Source: Octopus vulgaris
Lineage: Eukaryota
Reading direction: 5' to 3'
DNA: 64,000 bases
NCBI GenBank assembly: GCA_951406725.2
Contig: OX597830.1
Span: 63,116,001 to 63,180,000 of the forward strand
Below the pieces are notes generated by a model. The model ran no database searches, was not told the DNA's origin, and worked only from the letters and a program-made list of their open reading frames with translations. The translations under genes and the position numbers were made by a program. Below, piece by piece: positions 25,996-35,401 of this stretch (position 1 is the first letter of the stretch; each line of letters begins with the position of its first letter).

Positions 25996-26002
25996 GAATA
26001 AT

Positions 26003-26691
26003 AAGAAGAAGAAGGTGGAGGAGGTAAGAAAAAGGAGAAGGAAAGAAGAAAAAGAGGAAAAAAGGTGAAAAAGGTGAAGAAGAAGAAGAAGAAAGTGGAG
26101 GAGGTAAGAAAAAGGAGAAGGAAAGAAGAAAAAGAGGAAAAAAGGTGAAAAAGGTGAAGAAGAAGAAGAAGAAGAAGAAGAAAGTGGAGGAGGTAAGAAA
26201 AAGGAGAAGGAAAGAAGAAAAAGGAGGAAAAAAGGTGAAAAAGGTGAAGAAGAAGAAGAAGAAGAAGAAGAAGAAGAAAGTGGAGGAGGTAAGAAAAAGG
26301 AGAAGGAAAGAAGAAAAAGGAGGAAAAAAGGTGAAAAAGAAGGAAAGAAGAAGGTAAAGAAGAAGAAGGTGAAGAAAAAGAAGGTGAAAAAGGTGAAGAA
26401 GAAGAAGAAGAAGAAGAAGAAGAAGAAGAAGAAGAAGAAGAAGAAGAAAGTGGAGGAGGTAAGAAAAAGGAGAAGGAAAGAAGAAAAAGGAGGAAAAAAG
26501 GTGAAAAAGAAGGTGAAGAAAAAGAAGGTGAAGAAGAAGAAGAAGAAGAAGAAAGTGGAGGAGGTAAGAAAAAGGAGAAGGAAAGAAGAAAAAGGAGGAA
26601 AAAAGGTGAAAAAGAAGGAAAGAAGAAGGTAAAGAAGAAGAAGGTGAAGAAAAAGGTGAAGAAGAAGAAGGTGAAGAAGAAGAAGAAGAAG
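26003..26691. repeat. Compound purine-rich (GAA-based) repeat
   Basis: (GAA)n tracts interspersed with a recurring block AAGTGGAGGAGGTAAGAAAAAGGAGAAGGAAAGAAGAAAAAG. Confidence 0.95.
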
Positions 26692-26702
26692 TTTTGTCTT
26701 AC

Positions 26703-26748
26703 CTGCTGAAGCCAGAATGAGAAGAAGGAAAGTTAAGACGACAGCCAT
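26703..26748 (-). CDS. Ly6/uPAR protein, signal-peptide exon
   Basis: ACCATGG Kozak-like start; MAVVLTFLLLILASA then G|GTAAGA phase-1 donor, joining in frame to the 19023 acceptor; candidate upstream acceptor at 26843-26844. Confidence 0.85.
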
Positions 26749-27402
26749 GGTTAACGGTATATGCCAGAGTCTCTTGATGTTGTTGGTGGTCAGAATTTGA
26801 ATAAAAATTTGTTCTCCTGACAGAACGCTGACCCTGCTTTAACTGAAGTTGGGTAGAAAAGACAAACAGGAAAGCAGAAACAAGTTAGCTTTTTTTGTTT
26901 AAAAAAAGATTTTATTTGTATTTCGGACAACTGCTGTGTCAATAGAGACTAAGAAATCCAGTTGAGAGCAGCATTCCAACCTGTGCTTACACACACCTGT
27001 CTAACTACTGTGTGAATAAGCTTTCTTAAGTGTGTTCTTGTTCTGCAGGCGTGGTTTGGTTTTGCTCTTGTTTTTTCTTTGTTTATTTTTGCTATTCTCA
27101 TTATTATTGTTGTTGTTTTTCCTGTTGTTTCAAATCCAGTTGAGATGAATCAATAAAGATTTTCTGTCAAAGTAGGTGAACTTTTCAGAAAAAGGATTCT
27201 CATAAAAAGAATAAAATAAATGAAATATGTAGGAACCTAACTGTGTGTGTGTGTGCCTGTGCATATATATATATATAGCCAAATTTTTGGCTGCTATTTC
27301 TGAAAAGTTCGGTGTGTGGTAAAGTGAATTCTTTTACTTTACCATATTTTTATAAATTAATACTTCAAATATACCGTAAATGGTCTTTACATACAGAATA
27401 CC

Positions 27403-27442
<40 letters not shown>

Positions 27443-27448
<6 letters not shown>

Positions 27449-27737
27449 ATCATGTGACCGACCAGACCATCAGATGTTGTTGCACATCGCTGGTCACAAT
27501 GCGTTCGCATTGTTTTAGTCTTCGAATGACGCCATCCCACTAGCTAAGCGAGCAGGCCAACAGAAGTAAGAGTGAGAGAAAGTTGTGGTGAAAGAGTACT
27601 GCAGGGATCATCACCCCCTGCCGGAGCCTCGTGGAGCTTTTAGGTGTTTTCACTCAATAAACACACACAACGCCCGGTCTGGGAATCGAAACCGCGATCC
27701 TGCAACCGCGAGTCCGCTGCCCTAACCACTAGGCCAT
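27443..27737 (-). mobile_element. tRNA-derived SINE, family D
   Basis: Head GGCCTAGTGGTTAGGGCAGCGGACTCGCGG...GGTTTCGATTCCC on the minus strand; inverted copy at about 29387-29648(+). Confidence 0.8.
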
Positions 27738-28190
27738 AAATTAAATTAGAGATAAAACCACTATTAGGCAAATCAAACAGTAAAAAACATAAACCAAAAC
27801 ATAAAAATAAAAATAATTAATATAATATACAAAATATATAAAATATAAAATTTAAAAATTTAAATCATTTATTACTTTTTATCTTATATTAAACTTTTTA
27901 ATACTTTTTGATAGTTATATATATATATATAAATAAAATATTAAAATTTATAAATATAAATTAATAATTTTAATTTTAAATAATTTAAATTTTTAAATTT
28001 TATATATTTTGTATATTATCATCATCATCATCATCATCATTTATTTTATTTTTATGTTTTGGTTTATGTTTTTTACTGTTTGATTTGCCTAATAGTGGTT
28101 TTATCTCTAATTTAATTTATATTTATATCGTGAAATTAGATTTAATTCTAAATCTAATTTTTCCCTGTAAGTTTGAATTTACTCCCTTTT
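27737..28190. repeat. AT-rich long palindrome with conserved flank
   Basis: 27737-27870 is mirrored by about 27985-28119; the flank 28125-28185 is the reverse complement of a block similar to 18225-18295. Confidence 0.85.
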
Positions 28191-28450
28191 ATTATTATAT
28201 ATATATTTCTTTACTACCCACAAGGGGCTAGACACAGAGGGGACAAACAAGGACAGACAAAGGGATTAAGTCGATTACATTGACCCCCAGTGCGTAACTG
28301 GTACTTAATTTATCGACCCCGAAAGGATGAAAGGCAAAGTTGACCTCGGTGGAATTTGAACTCGGAACGTAACGACAGATGGAATACGGCCACGCATTTC
28401 GTCCGGCGTGCTAACGGTTCTGCCAGCTCGCCGCCTTATTATTATATATA

Positions 28451-29012
28451 TCTATATATATAAAACTGTAGTTGTGTGAGTGTCTGTCTCCTACGATTTA
28501 GATTTCTAACTACTCCCACATTTTGCGGTGCAGTTTAACCAAATTCGGGTATCTTATAGTCGTGATTCATATCGAGCCCGTCTGGGTATTAGCACGCGTC
28601 TACGATGAGTCTACGATTTAAAAAATAATTTAACATCATTTTTTTCCATTTTAATGCATATTTTTTCGTGTGTCGATGGCGGCGGAGTTGGCGTCCATGC
28701 TCGCACCTGCACCTGTATTGCTTCTCCCCCTTCTTTCCTCCCTCGTGAAGCTGTGGGGAAGGGAGTGTAAGGAAATCAACGTCGTAAAGCGTTGTCAAGG
28801 AGACCAGCGTTCTTTTAGAACAACGACTTCATGGCTTGAAGACACCAAAACAGAAAATGTCTACGATGAGTCAACGATTTAAAGAAAAATTTACCATAAT
28901 TTTTTTTCCATTTTTAATGCATTTTTTTGCTATTTTTTGGCTATAACTCTCTAAAAATGCTTATATAGTTATTTCCCTTACAAACCCGAGCAACGCCGGG
29001 CGATACTGCTAG
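28451..29012 (+). mobile_element. Non-autonomous Helitron (best-preserved copy)
   Basis: A|TCTATATATATAAAA...CCCGAGCAACGCCGGGCGATACTGCTAG|T: 5' TC, 3' hairpin plus CTAG, AT target, no TSD. Confidence 0.85.
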
Positions 29013-29646
29013 TATATATATATATATATAGAGGAGGTGTAAAGGCCCAGCGGTTAGGGTAGCAGACTCGTGGTTGTAGGATCCTGATTTTGATTCCCTG
29101 ACCGGGTGTTGTGAACTCAGCAGAAGCACCTAAAGCTCCACAACACTCCAGCAGGTGGTGGTGAACCTTGCTGTACTCTTTCCTCCTGATTCTGGTGTAC
29201 CTGTATTTCAAAGGGCCAGTCTTGTCACACTCTGAATCTCCCCAAGAACTACAGTAAGGGTACATGTGTCTGAGGAGTGCTCAGCCACTTGCATGTTAAT
29301 TTCATGAGCGGGCTGTTCCGTTGATTGGATCAACTAGAACACTCATTGTCGTAACTGACAGAGTGCCATGATATATATATATATATATGGCCCAGTGGTT
29401 AGGGCAGCGGACTTGCGGTTTCGATTCCCAGACCGGGCGTTGTGAGTGTTTATTGAGCGAAAACACCTAAAAGCTCCACAAGGCTCCGGCAGGGGATGGT
29501 GGTGATCCCTGCTGTACTCTTTCTCCCACTCTTTCTTCTGTTGGCCTGCTCGCTTAGCCTGCAGAGTGGCGTCAAAGGCTAAAACAATGCGAACGCATTG
29601 TGACCAGCGATGTGTAACAACACCTGATGGTCTGGTCGGTCACGTG

Positions 29647-29677
<31 letters not shown>

Positions 29678-29874
29678 ATAATATATATATATATATAATA
29701 AACATATATATATCTCAGATACACACACACACATATATATATATATATACATACATACACACACACACATATATATATATTTCAGATATATACATATATA
29801 TATTTCAGCAGTGGTGCCCCAGCATGGCCGCAGCCTTCGGCCTGAAACATTTTTAAGGATTTAAGGATATATAC

Positions 29875-29931
<57 letters not shown>

Positions 29932-32900
29932 GATATACATATATCTATTTCAGATATATATATATATATATTTATAACTTTACAATAACTATATACAAGT
30001 GAGAAAATGCTATAAGATCAGTTGGCTGAATATTTGGGGACAATATAAACCAGGGCTTCACAAAGTGGGCAAGCACTAGCCCCTGCTGCAGAGGGCAGAG
30101 GAAAATTTTTATAGAACTACTGTGGAGAAAAAAAAGAAAAGAAAAAAGAAAAAAGCCTGGCTGGTGGATGGTAGAAGTGATAGATACACCTGCACATTTT
30201 TAAAGTTAAATATTGGTTTCAAATTTTGGCACAATGCCAGCAATTTTTCTGGAATAAGTAAGTCAATTACATCAACCCGTGTTTAACTGGTTTCTTTGTT
30301 TCATTGACCCCAAAAGGATGAAAGGCAAAGTCAACTCTGACAGCATTTGAACTCAGGATGTAAAGTTCTTTTTAGATACTAAATGCACTTATAAATGATA
30401 AATCTGAATATATACCACCTGTGTGTATTGTGTTCACTTATTGTAGGGTGGTGCTGTTTTAAGTAGACACCCACGTGAAACTACCACCCAGAACTAAATC
30501 AATCTGGCCTGACACTGCATGTATTTAGATTAAAAGTGAGGAATATGGGAAGATTACATCATTGGAAAAGGGTACTGAAAATGTGTTGGCCATGGGAAAA
30601 TATTAACTTAAGTTGGAAACCCGTGTGGGTCGGCACCATGAAGAACATCACGTCTTAGAAAATCTTCCACCATCTGGTCCATCCAAGCATGGAAAAGTAG
30701 ACATGAAAATGGTGATGATGGTGATGATACGTACAAACACACAAAGATTGATAGCTAGGTAGACAGAAAGACAAACAGGTTGACAGACAGAAATATAAAT
30801 AAACAGATAGAGCAGTAGATAGACAGACAGGTAAATAGAAAGAGAGATAGGTAAATAGAAAGATAGATAGGTAAATAGGAAGATAGATAGGTAAATAGGA
30901 AGATAGACAGACAGACAGAAAGAATACACTTTGCTGATGAAGTTCTAACAGGACTAAAATACGTCTACTGCTTTCACCTATTTGTTTCACTCTGTTTTGA
31001 CCAAAAATTTCAATCAACTGATTTCATTAGAGTTATCCCCCTTGTCTGTTGTTTTCAGATGTTAAACTCCCATGTCTACAAACTGAAAAAGGTTTTGTTT
31101 ATCAATCACTACTCTCACTTGAAGTCTTTCAAACCGCTTTACTCCCTATGTTTGAAACACTACTCTATTAATAATCTTTATATTACATTTCCAAAGTGAT
31201 TTTTTTTTCCATTTCCTGTTTTAATGAGAAGTCAATCAGAAACATTGACAATTTTTCTTTCAACACAATATTAATTTTGTACTTCAGTTTTGCCTCATTC
31301 TTTGTTTTTCATGTCACACATCATCATCATCATCGTTTAACGTCCGTTTTCCATGCTGGCATGGGTTGGATGGTTTGACCGCAGTCTGGGAAGCCAGGAG
31401 GCTGCACCAGGCTCCAGTCTGATCTGGCAGTGTTTCTAGAGCTGGATGCCCTTCCTAACACCAACCACTCCGAGAGAGTAGTGGGTGCTTTTTTACATAC
31501 CACCAGCATAGGGGCCAGAGGGGGCTGGCATCGACCACGATCAGATGGTGCTTTTTACGTGCCACCAGCACAGAAGCCAGTCGAGGCAGCGCTGGCATCG
31601 GCCACATTAGGATGGTGCATTTTACGTGCCACCAGTACGTGGATCACAACTACATTTTCCATTTCAATGTAATTTGATTTGATTTTGCCACTTGGATACT
31701 AATTACATCATTATAATCATCATCATCATTTAACCTGGTCCATTAATTTGATGCCTGTTTAGTTTCCTGTTTTTCATGCCTCATCTTTGTCTTTCATGAC
31801 AAAGATACTGCTATGTCGGTCATCATATCTCTCAGTCATGTTTCACTGACCATATGAGTGACTATATTTTCAGCATTTCAACAATCACACTAACAAAATT
31901 TTAATTTCTTTTGTCTTTGGTCAGTGTTATTTCCTATTTGCTTCTCTCTAGAAATCAAAGGAAATGACTACTATTCCTTTCAAACTTTGCTTTTGTGACC
32001 TGGACATCAACGTTTTGAAACTGACCTATTTTCCATCACATTTCACACAGATTCAGCACCAAGTTGCTCAAGCAGGAATATTGTTATAGCAAATATTCTG
32101 CCCAATATCATACATTTGCTTGACCTTAGCCACCTGAGCATGTCCCTTGGTGGCTGACAATATGTGCATTTATGTCCATAAGCAGGAGTAGTGGGGGAGC
32201 ATCAGAGCCATGTGTCAAGGGGGATTCTTCGGGATTTGAATAAATATAACAAAAGCAAAGTTTGAAGGAAATATTAGCCAGCTGCCTTCATTGTCTTCAT
32301 ACCCTTAATTGCATTCTTATTCACACTGCTGTCAAATTTAATGGCTATTCCTTCCTTTGATTCTGCTTCAGTTAGGGCCACTCTCATCTTTGATTCTGCT
32401 TTGATTAAGCCTGTTCTCACCCTTGTATCTGTGTCATTCAACAATCTCTCATAGCAGTTTTTCTTTGCCTCTTTCTTTTCAGCATTACTAAGAGTGTCTC
32501 ACTATTGTTTCATGTACCCTTATCACAAACAACATCGAAACTCACCGTAGTACACTCTCCAGTAATTCAGAGTACCTCAACCTTCTGATCCTCACATCAC
32601 AGAACATATGCAAAACCCTTACATTTTGCCTTTCCCCTCATTAACAACAGAAACTGAGCTGAAAACCTTTAAGGGACTGTATCTGGAGGGCTGTGGACTC
32701 TCCTGGCTCTACCCTACCCCAGTCTCAAAGACTCTGCAAATGCCATGGTTACTCCTCTGTCTCTGACCAAGCCATAGCAGAAAAGTAAAAAAAATATATC
32801 CTTCACAACAACAAAGTACTAATAACAATGGATGCCTCAACAGGATTACTCAGCCTACAAGAAATAGTAGCCACATGAATCTTTATCAAATCAAATACTT

Positions 32901-33099
32901 TTTATAAAAAAACAAGATCACATTAGACAGATTCCATAAAAAAAAGCTGTGATGGTCATGGCTAAACTGCTTGTGATCACAAGCCTGCTGACTCTGAGCT
33001 ATCTCAGGGCTAACCAACAATAACAATCAGTGAAAACAATATTTTGGGTTTTACCCACATATGCAAAATACACATACATTACCTATATATATATACATT

Positions 33100-34172
33100 A
33101 TTATGGCTGCCCCCTTGTTATCGAGTATGGCCATTGCATGAAGCTTAACTGTTACTGGTGCTGTGATCGAATGTGACTTTTTAGCCCAGCTAAAGATTTA
33201 CAATGTCTTGTACAGAATTGGCAACTAAAACCTTTACAGGTAATAGCCGGCTGTAGTTGTAACTGGGCTTCATGTACCTTTGCATGTCGTTTAAGTCCTC
33301 CTGCCAAATTACACTCTCTTCCACAAGCCCGACAGATATGATTAGTATGATGTGTTACACCACCACCAGTGGCCAGGTTGTCACTCATCTGTCTCGCTTT
33401 AAGACTACGAAGATGACTCTTGAGTCCAGCTTTACTGAGGCAGGGTCTTGCACAGACACTGCATGTCAGCATCATAGGAAGACCCGTCCCATCAGGAAGT
33501 GTAACAGCGATGCCCTTCCTGACATCCCTCCTTACTTTCTCATGTGCAACTCGAGACTTCCTCAAAAGTGGCTGTCTCCTCATGCACAATCCTTCTTCAC
33601 CTGCTACGATCAATAGCTATGCCTTCCCATGTGTCAGGAGAGATGCAAGCGTCTCTTAAGGAAGCCTTCAGCAAGTCCTTATACCTTAATTTTGGTTTAT
33701 GTGGAGGTCGTTCTCCTTTAGCTAACTCTCCATTAAAGAGTTGTTTTGGCATCCTTGAATCCTTCATCCTGACCAGATGACCACTCCATCTGAGCCTTTG
33801 CTTTAACACAAGAGCTTCTATACTCTCACACCGAGAGCCTTCCAATATTTCAAGATCACTGATGCGGTCTTTCCACTGAATGCCATAGATCCGTCTGAGA
33901 CACATCTGATGGAAACGTTCCAGTTGTTTAAGGTGGTATCGATATGTGACCCACGTCTCGCAGGCATAGAGAAGAGAAGGGAGCACACATGCCTTGTACA
34001 CCTTTATCTTTGTCTGTCTGCATGTCTCGCCGACTCCAGAGGCGCTTTTCTAGCCTTCCGAAAGCAACACTTGCTTTCCTAATTCTATATGGAATTTCAT
34101 CATCCAAATTGCTATATCTATTAATAGTGCTTCCCAGGTAGACAAACTGATCAACTAGATCAAGTCGTTTAC
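33100..34172 (-). mobile_element. RTE-clade LINE 3' portion with three C-terminal C2H2-type zinc fingers (frameshifted)
   Basis: FVYLGS, YKACVLPSLLYACETW, RLRWSGHLVRMKDSRMPKQL motifs, then CSVCARPCLSKAGLKSHLRSL, CRACGRECNLAGGLKRHAKVH, CQFCTRHCKSLAGLKSHIRSQH. Confidence 0.92.
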
Positions 34173-34484
34173 CATACATACACATACACAAACAATGATA
34201 CAGAATTACCTGTTTGTCGGGTTTTCATTTGTTTAGTATACTGTTGGACTAAAACAATAATTAGCTCGTTTTTAATTTAAACTGAATCTTTGGATATAAC
34301 TGACATAATAAATGGAAAAATGACAAACAAAATGACGGTGGACTGGCAGAAAAGGTAGAAAAATAATAATAGATTGGTAGAGCAATGACGGTCAAAATAG
34401 AACTGAACTGACACAATGGGTAGGACAATGATGGTCAAAATATTTGAGACAATTACACAACAACACTGCACATCATACAGATGT

Positions 34485-34872
34485 GTCTGTGAGTGTGTGG
34501 TAAGAAGCTTACTTCCCAACCACATGGTTCTGGGTTCAGTCTCACTGCGTGGCACTTTGGGCAAGTGTCTTCTACTATAGTCTTGGGCTGATCAAAGCTT
34601 TGTGAGTGGATTTGGTTTATGAAAATAGAAAGAAGTCCATCGAATATATATATATACGTGTGTGTGTGTGTGTATGTCTGTGTTTGTCCCCCCACCATAG
34701 CTTGACAACCAATATTGGTGTGTTTACATCTCCATAACTTAGAGGTTTGGCAAAAGAGACTGATAGAATAAGTACTAGGCTTACAAAGAATAAGTCCTGG
34801 GGTATATTTGTTCGACTAAAGGTAGTGCTTTAGCATGGCTGCAGTTAAATGACTGAAACAAATAAGAGTAAA
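34485..34872 (+). mobile_element. tRNA-derived SINE, family A
   Basis: GTGTGGTAAG..CCAACCACATGGTTCTGGGTTCAGTC..GGGCAAGTGTC..GACTGAAACA. Copies at about 34903-35301(-), 39652-39980(+), 41725-42080(-), 54735-55123(+), 55442-55767(-), 61145-61455(+), 63565-63943(-). Confidence 0.85.
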
Positions 34873-35299
34873 ATATATATATATATATCTTTCTCCTTTT
34901 TCTCTCTTTTACTTGTTTCAGTCATTTTGACTGCGGCCATGCTGGTGCATCGCCTTTAATCGAGCAACTCGACCCCGGGACTTATTCTTTGTAAGCCCAG
35001 TACTTATTCTATCGGTCTCTTTTGCCGAACCGCTAAGTGACGGGGACATAAACAGACCAGCATCGGTTGTCAAGCAATGCTAGGGGGACAAACACAGACA
35101 CACAAACATACACACACATACATATATATACATATATACGACGGGCTTCTTTCAGTTTCCGTCTACCAAATCCACTCACAAGGCTTTGGTCGGCCCGAGG
35201 CTATAGTAGAAGACACTTGCCCAAGGTGCCACACAATGCGACTGAACCCGGAACCATGTGGTTGGTAAACAAGCTACTTACCACACAGCCACTCCTGCG

Positions 35300-35401
<102 letters not shown>

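Noticed and set aside
25945-26700. 267-aa Phe/Ser-rich ORF and Lys-rich + strand ORFs
   Set aside because: Translations of the GAA repeat; only the first 46 nt (26703-26748) form a real exon, bounded by a GT donor
27670-27737. tRNA gene candidates (also about 29387, 54735 and other SINE heads)
   Set aside because: A/B-box-like heads are fused to multi-copy SINE bodies, and no complete cloverleaf is evident
33152-33613. Stand-alone host C2H2 zinc-finger gene
   Set aside because: Contiguous with frameshifted RTE reverse-transcriptase sequence, so it is a LINE tail
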